Shown: positions 7,587-18,821, numbered from the stretch's first letter. The stretch is DNA of 32,000 nucleotides from Candidatus Velamenicoccus archaeovorus (GCF_004102945.1 NZ_CP019384.1:1260001-1292000), one strand, 5' to 3'. Program-made: numbers and translations. Notes: generated from the letters alone by a model not told the origin.

Positions 7587-7954
7587 TTACTGAACCTCCG
7601 ATAAATAATGGACCATTTGGCTGCGACGATTTTGGAGCGAGACAAGGAGCGAGGACGCCGGCGTAGTCGCAGCACTACGCCAAGGACGAACGACGCCGTC
7701 GTAGCCCAAAAGCGTCCAGCCCAGAAAGAGCGGACCTCCGCACTCCATTTCAAGGAGGGTCCAGCCCAGAAGGGAAGGATCTCCGCATTCCATTTTAAAG
7801 AGGATCCAGCCCCGAGGGGGAGGCCCATCTTTGGCCTGCTGCTGCGTTGCTCCTCCTCGACGTGTCGCAGAGGACACGCCTTCGTCGTCGCGCCTTACAT
7901 CAGTCTCAAATCTGGGCCTCCAAATGTGCCCATTATTTATCGGAGGCTCAGTAA
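7587..7954. repeat. ~370-bp imperfect inverted repeat with 34-35 bp near-perfect terminal arms
   Basis: Left arm 7587-7620 is ttactgaacctccgataaataatggaccatttgg. The reverse complement of 7920-7954 is ttactgagcctccgataaataatgggcacatttgg. Inner flanks are also partly complementary, roughly 60-65% by eye. Confidence 0.85.
7714..7830. repeat. 45-bp tandem repeat, ~2.5 units, at the centre of the inverted repeat
   Basis: Unit 7714-7758 (gtccagcccagaaagagcggacctccgcactccatttcaaggagg) matches unit 7759-7803 (gtccagcccagaagggaaggatctccgcattccattttaaagagg) at 37/45. A partial third unit starts at 7804. Confidence 0.8.
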
Positions 7955-8065
7955 AACTCCGTTTCATAGTTGAGAATGGTGCATTCGTGATATTCGCCCG
8001 CAACATGTGACGACATGCGCCAGGACCCTGCGCTTTTCCCTGGAGCCCCACGGACATAACCCTGC

Positions 8066-9376
8066 CTACCGGCAAACAGGGGCACATCGGGATAAACGCA
8101 CCATCATCTTCTTGGCCAGGGCGAGCTCCTCGTTTTTTCCTTCTAGCTTTCCATCCACTTTTGCGTAAAGGATAGCCATCAGGATCTTCTTGAAATGCGG
8201 CCCCGGCCTGAACCCCAGGAATGCCAGGTCTTCCCCGCGCACGTGCAGCCGCGTGCCGTGATGGACAACAAGATAATCCCGGATCCGGTCTTTAACCCGT
8301 TTCTTCGCGCTCAAAGCATAGACCAGAACGACAACCTCGTAAGCCAGCGGTTCCAAGAGACGATAGGCCTCGCTGGGCCTAAGGTCCTGTTTCGCCAACC
8401 GGCGCTCCAAAACGGCGGCGTCCTTTCTGTAGGACAGGACCCTGCGGCTCTCGCCCTTACGAAAAGCAAACGCCAGCATCGTCTCTTTGAGACGCCTCAA
8501 TGCCAAACCCTCAAAAAAGAGACACATCAACATCACATAGGTATCAAGAGACCTTTTATGGGCCGCATGCGCGGCGAACCAGCATGCCGCCTTCTGCATC
8601 CTTGTGTGCGCCGCATTCCAGCCCTCCCGATACACCAGCCCCGGCGATATAAAAGAATATCCGCAAAGCCCCCAAAGCCGTTTAAGGACAGGCACAGGCC
8701 GGCGTTCTTTGAAGATCAAGATCAATTCATCGCGCAGACGGTGCTTCTGGACGCAAAAAAGCATCCGGCGCGCCAGGGCCTGGCGGATCCACAAAAGGGT
8801 GCGGGACTCCAAGCGGAACGAAAACCTCTTCTCAAAGCGCACCGCCCGCAAGATCCTCGTTGGATCATCGATAAAACTCAACGGATGCATGGCGCGGATC
8901 GTTTTGCTCTCTAAATCCCGGCGGCCGCCGTAAAAATCGAAAATCTCGCCGTAACAATGCCGGTTGATGCCGATAGCCATGGCATTGATGGTAAAATCCC
9001 GCCGAAAAAGGTCATCTTTGATCCCGCCTTTCGAAACACACGGCAGTGCGGCGGGCTTCTCGTAAATCTCTTTTCTCGCTGACGCAATATCCGCCTTGAA
9101 ACCCTCCAATCCGTGCAGGGTCGCCGTTCCAAAATGACCGTGCGCGACAACTTTAAGTGAAAGCCGGCGGCCGCACTCCTGGGCAAAACGGATGCCGTCG
9201 CCTTCGACAACAAGATCGATATCGAAATGACCGCTACCCAGCAGAAGATCCCTGACAAAACCGCCGACAAGATAAGCCCGAAGCCCCATCTCATCCGCGA
9301 GATCTCCCGCCTGCGAGATAAAACCGGCCATAGGCGCCGGCAATGTTTTAAGTTTTTGAGTCAGCACATTCTTCAT
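8066..9376 (-). CDS. cca: tRNA nucleotidyltransferase (CCA-adding enzyme) / poly(A) polymerase family protein
   Basis: 436 aa. The N-terminal AYLVGGFVRDLLLG...DIDLVVEGD is the class II nucleotidyltransferase head motif, and RRDFTINA follows. CCA-adding enzyme and poly(A) polymerase cannot be distinguished by eye. Confidence 0.75.
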   Translation of the reverse strand: MKNVLTQKLKTLPAPMAGFISQAGDLADEMGLRAYLVGGFVRDLLLGSGHFDIDLVVEGDGIRFAQECGRRLSLKVVAHGHFGTATLHGLEGFKADIASARKEIYEKPAALPCVSKGGIKDDLFRRDFTINAMAIGINRHCYGEIFDFYGGRRDLESKTIRAMHPLSFIDDPTRILRAVRFEKRFSFRLESRTLLWIRQALARRMLFCVQKHRLRDELILIFKERRPVPVLKRLWGLCGYSFISPGLVYREGWNAAHTRMQKAACWFAAHAAHKRSLDTYVMLMCLFFEGLALRRLKETMLAFAFRKGESRRVLSYRKDAAVLERRLAKQDLRPSEAYRLLEPLAYEVVVLVYALSAKKRVKDRIRDYLVVHHGTRLHVRGEDLAFLGFRPGPHFKKILMAILYAKVDGKLEGKNEELALAKKMMVRLSRCAPVCR

Positions 9377-9425
9377 GTCCTTATTTTTCGGCTTAGGGCT
9401 TAAAACTTGCCGCTTAAAGCTATCC

Positions 9426-10316
9426 TTACCCTCTCGGATGGTACGTCTTATGGATCGACCTCAGCCAGTCCTTGTTGACGTGGGTATAGATCTGCGTCGT
9501 CGAAATGTTCGCATGCCCCAGCATCTCCTGAACGGAGCGCAGGTCCGCCCCCCGCTCCAGAAGGTGTGTGGCAAATGAATGCCTCAGGATGTGCGGCCGG
9601 ATGGGCTTTTTGATGCGCGCCTTCCTGGCATACCTTTTGATCAATTTCCAAAGCGACACCCGCGAGATCCGCCTGCCTGAACGGTTTAGGAAAAGCTCCT
9701 GGGCGCCGCTCTTGGCCAGCCGCGGCCTCACCTTTTCCAGATAGCGCGCCACCGAAGCCACAGCTTTTGTCCCCAGGGGGACGATCCTTTCTTTTTTCCC
9801 TTTTCCCAGGCAACGCACGAAACCGACATCCGCATTAAGGTCCGTCAGACGAAGGCCGGCCACCTCAGAAACCCTCATCCCCGTCGCATACATCACCTCC
9901 AGGATAGCCCGGTCCCTGACCCCCTGCGGCGTGTTGAGGTCCGGGGCTTCAATGAGGCGCTCGACCTCGTCGAGGTTCAGGACATCGGGGATCTTCTTCC
10001 AAAGTTTCGGGGAATCGATATAGCTGGAGACATCGCTTTTGATCAGCTTCTCCCGTGCCAAGAAACGATAGAACATGCGCAGGGCGGCCAGGGCGCGCGA
10101 GATCGAATTCACGCAAAGACCTTTGTCTTTCTGATGAAGCATGAAATCGCGGATGTCCTCGCGGGAAGAAGCGGAGACGCTCTTTTTTGAGACAGCCTCC
10201 AGAAAACCGGTGTAATCCTTGAGATCGCTGCGATAGGCCAGGATCGTATTCTTCGATAGTCCGCGCTCAACGCTCAGGTAATCCAAAAAAAGCTCAACAT
10301 GTTTGTCCATATTCAC
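9426..10316 (-). CDS. xerD: Tyrosine recombinase XerD-like
   Basis: 296 aa with LSKNTILAYRSDL, LEVMYATGMRVSE, HILRHSFATHLLERGADLRSVQEMLGHANISTTQIYTHV (R..HxxR..Y catalytic set), ending in HPRG as XerD does. The XerC versus XerD assignment is tentative. Confidence 0.8.
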   Translation of the reverse strand: MNMDKHVELFLDYLSVERGLSKNTILAYRSDLKDYTGFLEAVSKKSVSASSREDIRDFMLHQKDKGLCVNSISRALAALRMFYRFLAREKLIKSDVSSYIDSPKLWKKIPDVLNLDEVERLIEAPDLNTPQGVRDRAILEVMYATGMRVSEVAGLRLTDLNADVGFVRCLGKGKKERIVPLGTKAVASVARYLEKVRPRLAKSGAQELFLNRSGRRISRVSLWKLIKRYARKARIKKPIRPHILRHSFATHLLERGADLRSVQEMLGHANISTTQIYTHVNKDWLRSIHKTYHPRG

Positions 10317-10893
10317 CCAAGTTCACGGCCGATGGTCGTCTGCGGGCCGTGGCCGGGATAAACGATCGTCTCGGCCGCGAGCCGGCTCAAACGCACCAGG
10401 GATTCCTCGATCTTACGGCTGCTGGCTCCGGGATAATCCGTCCTTCCAATACCGTTGCGGAAAAGCGTGTCCCCCGAAAACAGGACACCGTGCCCGAAAA
10501 GACACACCGACCCTCGCGTGTGTCCCGGCGTATGGATCACGGTGAACGTCAACTCATCCAATGTCACTTTATCGCCGTCGCGCAAAAGACGCGCCTGGGC
10601 GACGGGCTCAAAGGTGCCGAAAAAAATCGTCGTTATGTTCTTCGCCGGATCCGACACAATCTCCAGGTCTTCCTCGTGAATATAGACAGGGAGCCCCAGG
10701 GCGACATCCGCCTTGATATGGTCGATATGACCGTGGGTATTCACGATGAAACGGGCCTCAAGACCATTGTCTTCAAGGCAACGCCTGATCTTGCCGGCGT
10801 CATCTCCGGGATCGATCACAAAAGCGCGGCCGTGGCTGTTTGACACGATGTAACAGTTCGCCTTCAGCTCGCCGACAACAACGGAAAAAACCT

Positions 10894-10897
<4 letters not shown>
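10313..10897 (-). CDS. MBL-fold metallo-hydrolase (glyoxalase II-like)
   Basis: 194 aa with the NTHGHIDH (HxHxDH) zinc motif and a later HTPGHT. Its ATGA-type overlaps with both neighbouring genes suggest one operon. Confidence 0.8.
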
Positions 10898-14148
<3,251 letters not shown>

Positions 14149-14151
14149 GTC

Positions 14152-14424
14152 TCAGAAAGCAATCTCAAAACCTTTAAACTCGCCCGTGGCAGACTGCCAA
14201 TCAACTGTCTTGTCGGATATATAGCCGGAAAGATGATCCTCAATATGACGCAAGAAATCTTTAAGCAACTCTTCGTCCGCTTCGGCGACAATCTCCACAT
14301 CGCCGGAACTTAAATTCTTGACCCAGCCGGCAATGTGAGACGGCTGTGCCAGGGACCTGGCTGTATAGCGGAAACCGATCCCCTGGACTTGGCCGCGAAA
14401 TATGGCATGCAGCCGTTTTGTCAT
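14152..14424 (-). CDS. acyP: Acylphosphatase
   Basis: From ATG 14424 the protein reads MTKRLHAIFRGQVQGIGFRYTARSLA...GWVKNLSSGDVEIVAE, the acylphosphatase signature (VxGxVQGVxFR ... GWVxN). The longer ORF-track start runs into repeat DNA. Confidence 0.88.
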   Translation of the reverse strand: MTKRLHAIFRGQVQGIGFRYTARSLAQPSHIAGWVKNLSSGDVEIVAEADEELLKDFLRHIEDHLSGYISDKTVDWQSATGEFKGFEIAF

Positions 14425-14460
14425 GGTGTCGGAAAAAATGTTGCGGCGCCGGAGCCGAGT

Positions 14461-14743
14461 CGGCCTGCCCGCCTTGTCCTCTTCGAGGAGGCTTGCGCAC
14501 TCGGCTCGCGACGGCCTCACAAGTACTCGACAATTTTTTCCTTGTCGGAAAATACGCTAAGGTTGTCGGCACCGGAATTCACGATGCAAGACGGCAGAGT
14601 CTTGCAGTGAATTCCGTACTCGACAAATTTTTCTTTATCAAGAGATACGCTAAGGTTGTCGGCACTTGTTCGGCCTGCTCGCCTTATCGGCTCGCGACGG
14701 CCTCACAAGTACTCGACAATTTTTTCCTTATCGGAAAAAATTG
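14461..14743. repeat. Nested direct repeats and a long hairpin abutting the 3' end of tRNA-Pro
   Basis: An 18-mer cggcctgcYcgccttRtc occurs at 14461 and 14671. A 52-mer tcggctcgcgacggcctcacaagtactcgacaattttttccttRtcggaaaa occurs at 14501-14552 and 14687-14738 with 1 mismatch. A ~48-mer tactcgacaa...atacgctaaggttgtcggcac occurs at 14524-14571 and 14617-14665. An 18-bp hairpin lies at 14573-14616. Confidence 0.85.
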
Positions 14744-14818
14744 TCGGGGAGGTGGGATTTGAACCCACGACCTTTTGGTCCCGAACCAAACGCGCTAGCC
14801 AAGCTGCGCTACTCCCCG
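14744..14818 (-). tRNA. tRNA-Pro (anticodon CGG)
   Basis: Minus strand folds as a cloverleaf: CGGGGAG-TA-GCGC-AGCTTGGCTA-GCGC-G-TTTGG-TTCGGGA-CCAAA-AGGTC-GTGGG-TTCAAAT-CCCAC-CTCCCCG-A. The anticodon loop TT-CGG-GA gives anticodon CGG. CCA is not encoded. Confidence 0.93.
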
Positions 14819-14916
14819 AAATAAACGCTTATCCTACAAAACCCACGCATTAACAGAACTCTCAACCCTATGGGTCCATGCCAAGTTGAGCACATTAATA
14901 TTTTATCCAGCGAAAT

Positions 14917-14953
14917 CCGCCAAAGCGTTAGTGGCAGACTGCGCTACTCCCCG
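14917..14953 (-). pseudogene. Decayed 5'-half copy of tRNA-Pro
   Basis: 14939-14953 (ctgcgctactccccg) is identical to 14804-14818, the tRNA 5' end. Weaker similarity (gcgYtag, ccaaa) extends to ~14917. No T-arm or 3' acceptor strand follows. Confidence 0.45.
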
Positions 14954-15047
14954 GAAAATTTTGTCTCTGGAACATCAAAGGTCTATTTTAAATCAAAATA
15001 TTTTAACACAAAGGTTGATTGCTGACAATGGCGGCGAACGTAGGTTC

Positions 15048-15641
15048 CTAGCTCACTTTCCGGCCGCTATCAAGACTCATCCTGGCCACCATATCGACCT
15101 CGATATTGACCTGAGAGCCCGATGTCTTCTTCCCCAAGGTCGTCGCCCCTGCCGTATGCGGGATAAGAGAAACAGAAAAACACCCGCCTCTCTTTCCGGA
15201 GACCGTCAGGCTGACGCCATCCACGGCTATGGATCCTCTCAAAAAGATATACTTCAGCAATGAAGGAGGAACGGCTATCCAAAGGGTCTTCTGGCCGGCC
15301 GTCACCCTTCTGGATCTGATCACGCCCACGCCGTCCACATGGCCGCTGACAATGTGGCCTCCGATCCTGTCCTGGGCTTTCATGGCGCGTTCGAGGTTGA
15401 CGCGCACACCGGGCCGCGCGGCTTTCAGCGTCGAAAGGCTGATGGTCTGCGGCATGATGTCAAAATCAAGCCTGCCGGAGCTTGTTTCGACGACCGTCAG
15501 ACAGACACCGTCGACGCTCACGCTGTCTCCCACCTTGGCGTCCTGACCAACCAAGGCGGCCTCAACGCCCAAACGGATGCATCCGGCCTTCTTCTGAACA
15601 CCAACGACAGTCCCAATCTCTTCTATGATCCCTGTAAACAT
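15048..15641 (-). CDS. ribE: Riboflavin synthase (alpha subunit)
   Basis: 197 aa. The N-terminus MFTGIIEEIGTV and an internal repeat (GDSVSVDGVCLTV / GSIAVDGVSLTV) are typical of riboflavin synthase. Confidence 0.94.
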   Translation of the reverse strand: MFTGIIEEIGTVVGVQKKAGCIRLGVEAALVGQDAKVGDSVSVDGVCLTVVETSSGRLDFDIMPQTISLSTLKAARPGVRVNLERAMKAQDRIGGHIVSGHVDGVGVIRSRRVTAGQKTLWIAVPPSLLKYIFLRGSIAVDGVSLTVSGKRGGCFSVSLIPHTAGATTLGKKTSGSQVNIEVDMVARMSLDSGRKVS

Positions 15642-15650
15642 GGAAACCCT

Positions 15651-16739
15651 TTAAGAATAAACCAATTCGCCTTCGATTAAAAAGTCCCTGCCGATCCGTT
15701 CCATGGTCATTCTTTTAAGACTCACAGCCTTCTGCGGTGTATCCACTCCGCGCCCTCCCAATGCCCCCAGCGCCTGGCGGCCCCCAATGATCAACGGCGC
15801 CCAATAAAACACAATCTTATCTGCGAGCCGCGCATCCAGGAAGGCGCCTGTCAGGGCCGCTCCGCCTTCGACAAGAAGATGGCGGATATCCATGGCATGC
15901 AAACGCCTCAAAAGATCGGCCAGATCGACGCCTCCGGAGTTTCTTTTCGTATGGAGAACTTTGACCCCGCGCATCAAAAGGGCTTTCTCTTTGACCTTAT
16001 TGTGTGTGGCCGTCGCGACAACCACAGGTTGGCGCGTCTTAAGCAGCCGGGCTGATAACGGCAACCTCAGGGATGAATCCACGACGATCTTCGTCAGGCG
16101 GTGGCCGCCGCCAGCCTCAAGGCCTGGATCGTCTTTTAGAACCGTCCCAATACCGACCATGATCGCATCGTAATATTTTCTCATGTTGTGCGCATGGCGG
16201 CGCGCGGCGCGAGAGGTGATCCATTGCGAGCGGCCGCTTCTGGTGGCGATCTTGCCGTCGAGAGATGCGGCGACCTTCAGGGTCACGAGCGGCCGCTGAC
16301 GGCGCATGGCGCAAAAGAAAGGCTCATTCAGGCGGAAAACCTCCTTTTTCATGATCCCGACGGCCACACGAATGCCCCGGCGGCGCAGCAGACGGATGCT
16401 TTTACCGCAGGTCAACGGATTAGGGTCCTTGGAGCCGATATAAACCTCCCGGATTCCCGAAGAGATAACGGCATCGACGCAAGGGGCTGTCCGGCCGAAA
16501 TGAAAACAGGGCTCAAAGGTACAGAATAATGCGGCGCCGCGCGCCTTCCCTGAGGCCTCTTTAAGCGCCAGGACCTCGGCATGCGGAGCTCCGGCCTTAT
16601 GATGAAACCCCTCGCCGACGACATGGCCGTTTTTAACAACCACGGCGCCCACAAGAGGGTTCGGAAATGTCTTTCCCCTGGCGCGGGCCGCAAGCTCCAG
16701 CGCCCGGCGCATATAAGCGTTCAGGACTTGAGCCTGCAT
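15651..16739 (-). CDS. ribD: Bifunctional riboflavin biosynthesis protein RibD (pyrimidine deaminase / uracil reductase)
   Basis: Deaminase zinc motif HAEVLAL...EPC...PC, plus a C-terminal reductase domain. ATG 16739 (MQAQVLNAYMRRALELA) is preferred. It overlaps the stop of the upstream PHP gene by 19 nt. Confidence 0.93.
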   Translation of the reverse strand: MQAQVLNAYMRRALELAARARGKTFPNPLVGAVVVKNGHVVGEGFHHKAGAPHAEVLALKEASGKARGAALFCTFEPCFHFGRTAPCVDAVISSGIREVYIGSKDPNPLTCGKSIRLLRRRGIRVAVGIMKKEVFRLNEPFFCAMRRQRPLVTLKVAASLDGKIATRSGRSQWITSRAARRHAHNMRKYYDAIMVGIGTVLKDDPGLEAGGGHRLTKIVVDSSLRLPLSARLLKTRQPVVVATATHNKVKEKALLMRGVKVLHTKRNSGGVDLADLLRRLHAMDIRHLLVEGGAALTGAFLDARLADKIVFYWAPLIIGGRQALGALGGRGVDTPQKAVSLKRMTMERIGRDFLIEGELVYS

Positions 16740-17548
16740 TGGACCTCTTTTAATTTTTCCACATAAACATACGGAAGATGCACGCGTCCGATCTTGGCTT
16801 CGTTCTTGGCCTCCCCGTGGCAATCCGACCCGCCGGTCACCAGGAGACCGAACTTATCCGCCATCTTCTCGAATTCGTTACGCTGGGACTCGGTATGCTC
16901 CGAATAGTAAGCCTCAATCCCCATGATCCCGTCTTTGACAAAATCTTCGATAACAATATTGGAGGGCAAAAGATACGGGTGGGCCAGGACCGGGATGCCG
17001 CCCACGCGCCTGATCCACTGGATGGCTTCTTTAGGCGTCATCTTGAATTTCGCCACATAAGCCGGCCCTTTGTCGCCGATAAACCTCACAAAAGCCTCGC
17101 CCGTCGTCGCCACATACCCTTTGTTCACGAGCACGCGCGCCACGTGCAGACGCCCCACGCTTCCCGGCTCCGCCAAATCGAAGATCTCCTGGGGATCCAC
17201 GGGCATATGCAGATGTTGAAGTTTGCGGCACATCTCGTGGATACGGCGGACCCGCACCTCCTGCATCTTTTTGAGCATCGCCAAAAACGGCTTGTGCGTA
17301 TCATCGATGAGATACCCCAGGACGTGGATCTCAACGCCGTCGCGTTCCGCCGTCATCTCGATCCCCGAAAGGACTTCCAGCCGGCCACCGGCCGCCCGGA
17401 TCGCCGGCGCGATGCCGGATATATTATCATGGTCGGTGATGGCAATGCAGGAAAGGTCGGCGCCGATAGCTTCTTCGACAAGCCGCTCGGGAGAATACGT
17501 ACCGTCTGAAAAATGGGTGTGGATGTGAAGATCGGCAAATCTCATCAT
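16721..17548 (-). CDS. PHP-domain phosphoesterase (TrpH/YciV-like)
   Basis: 275 aa with ADLHIHTHFSDGT, AITDHDN, a later GGIPVLAHP and GGSDCHG, the PHP metal-ligand set. The physiological substrate cannot be read from the sequence. Confidence 0.8.
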   Translation of the reverse strand: MMRFADLHIHTHFSDGTYSPERLVEEAIGADLSCIAITDHDNISGIAPAIRAAGGRLEVLSGIEMTAERDGVEIHVLGYLIDDTHKPFLAMLKKMQEVRVRRIHEMCRKLQHLHMPVDPQEIFDLAEPGSVGRLHVARVLVNKGYVATTGEAFVRFIGDKGPAYVAKFKMTPKEAIQWIRRVGGIPVLAHPYLLPSNIVIEDFVKDGIMGIEAYYSEHTESQRNEFEKMADKFGLLVTGGSDCHGEAKNEAKIGRVHLPYVYVEKLKEVQCRLKS

Positions 17549-17602
17549 GAGACCATGGTTGAAGGAAGGCCCGGCCTCAAGGGGCCGGACGGGGATCGAC
17601 CC

Positions 17603-18031
17603 TTATTTTTCGGGCGCAGCGGCCCCCTTGGTCTTGTTGATCTTGTCCAGGATACCGTTGACGAATTTTCCGGATTCCAGGTCGCCGAACTTCTTGGCAA
17701 GATCGACCGCTTCATTGATGGCCACTTTAGGAGGGATATCAGGCCTGAAAAGCAGTTCAAAAGTCGCCAGCCGCAGGACATTCCTGTCGACGGTCGCCAT
17801 GCGCTCGATCTGCCAGTTGGTGGCGCATTCCGAGATCTTGCCGTCCAACTCGGCCAAGTGAGAGCTGATATCACGGCTCAAGGCCGCGGCGAACGTCTTA
17901 ACAGAAAGGTCCTCGTCTGCTGCATTCATAGCAAAAAAATCATCCGCCAGATCGGTAGCGGTCACACCGCTGACGTCGGCCTGGTACAAAAGTTGCAGCA
18001 CCAATTCCCTGGCTTTTGTGCGCTTGCGCAT
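17603..18031 (-). CDS. nusB: Transcription antitermination factor NusB
   Basis: 142 aa with RKRTKARELVLQLLYQ and later RMATVDRNVLRLATFELLF...PPKVAINEAVDLAKKF. The ribH-nusB adjacency is classic. Confidence 0.93.
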   Translation of the reverse strand: MRKRTKARELVLQLLYQADVSGVTATDLADDFFAMNAADEDLSVKTFAAALSRDISSHLAELDGKISECATNWQIERMATVDRNVLRLATFELLFRPDIPPKVAINEAVDLAKKFGDLESGKFVNGILDKINKTKGAAAPEK

Positions 18032-18149
18032 AAAAAGAATAAAATAGTCAACCCATATTTCCCGGCTTTGCCCTCGGCCTGTTCCGGGTACCTCTAAGCG
18101 GCCACAACACTCTCCGCCCTAAAGGGCGGAGCTTTAGGCCGCGCAGAGT

Positions 18150-18187
18150 AAAAAATGATTATCCGCCACTGGTGCATTGGCGGATAA
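18150..18187 (-). terminator. Intrinsic terminator after ribH
   Basis: Minus strand: ttatccgcca-atgcaccag-tggcggataa (10-bp stem, 18187-18159) followed by tcaTTTTTTa. It lies 52 nt after the ribH stop. Confidence 0.7.
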
Positions 18188-18238
18188 ATTCGGACGTACA
18201 ACTTACAATGGCATAACCCTTGCAAGTTGTGTCCTCAT

Positions 18239-18703
18239 TTATATTATATCCAGCAGATTCACCATTTCAATAGCATTTAATGCCGCGTCCTTGCCTTTGT
18301 TACCGCCCTTGGTGCCGGCACGTTCGATCGCCTGCTCCATCGTATCGGCGGTGATGACGCCGAAGATGACGGGGACCCCCGTCTGCATGGAGACCGATGC
18401 GATACCCTTGGCGGCCTCGGAAGCGATGAAATCGAAGTGCGGCGTGTCCCCGCGGATGACCGTCCCCAGGCAGACAACGGCATCGAACTTTTTCGATTTG
18501 ACTACGTGCATGGCGACCGTCGGGATCTCAAAAGCCCCCGGTACCCAGTAGACCTCGACATCCGTTTCTTTGGCGCCGTGCCTTTTGAGCGTATCACAAC
18601 ACCCCTCCAGAAGCGCCTTCGTCACAAAATCATTGAAACGAGAAACCACGATGCCGAATTTCTTGGCCTTGACCACCAAACTTCCTTCGTTTACTTTGTA
18701 CAT
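18239..18703 (-). CDS. ribH: 6,7-dimethyl-8-ribityllumazine synthase
   Basis: 154 aa with [17 protein letters not shown] and [13 protein letters not shown], the lumazine synthase signature. Confidence 0.95.
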   Translation of the reverse strand: MYKVNEGSLVVKAKKFGIVVSRFNDFVTKALLEGCCDTLKRHGAKETDVEVYWVPGAFEIPTVAMHVVKSKKFDAVVCLGTVIRGDTPHFDFIASEAAKGIASVSMQTGVPVIFGVITADTMEQAIERAGTKGGNKGKDAALNAIEMVNLLDII

Positions 18704-18753
18704 TGCAGCACCTCTTTCTTTAGCTTTGCTCCAACCCTACTCCTCGCGTTTAC

Positions 18754-18821
18754 ATCTTGAAAATATTTATCTTCATCCAGCCTCACCAAAGGTTCGGCGG
18801 GAAGATAAATATTTTCAAGAT
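18754..18821. repeat. 21-bp perfect inverted repeat (26-nt spacer) between ribBA and ribH
   Basis: 18754-18774 (atcttgaaaatatttatcttc) is the exact reverse complement of 18801-18821. Two further GC-rich hairpins follow at 18833-18855 and 18856-18885. Confidence 0.85.

Noticed and set aside
7586-7828. 81-codon N-terminal extension of rbfA (ORF 7169..7828)
   Set aside because: The extension is a translation of the tandem and inverted repeats, has no RBS at 7828, and RbfA proteins do not carry such an N-terminus. ATG 7585 has GGAGG at a proper distance.
7714-7830. Possible CRISPR array
   Set aside because: The units are contiguous with no spacers, there are only ~2.5 copies at 82% identity, and no cas genes are in the window.
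7587-8087. ORFs 7587..8087 (-) and 7608..7973 (+) inside the rbfA-cca spacer
   Set aside because: They overlap each other on opposite strands across palindromic repeat DNA, are low-complexity, and have no start-site signals.
14425-14520. Longer acyP start (ORF 14152..14520)
   Set aside because: The extra 32 codons run into the tRNA-flank repeat. The acylphosphatase fold begins right at MTKRLHAIFRG (ATG 14424).
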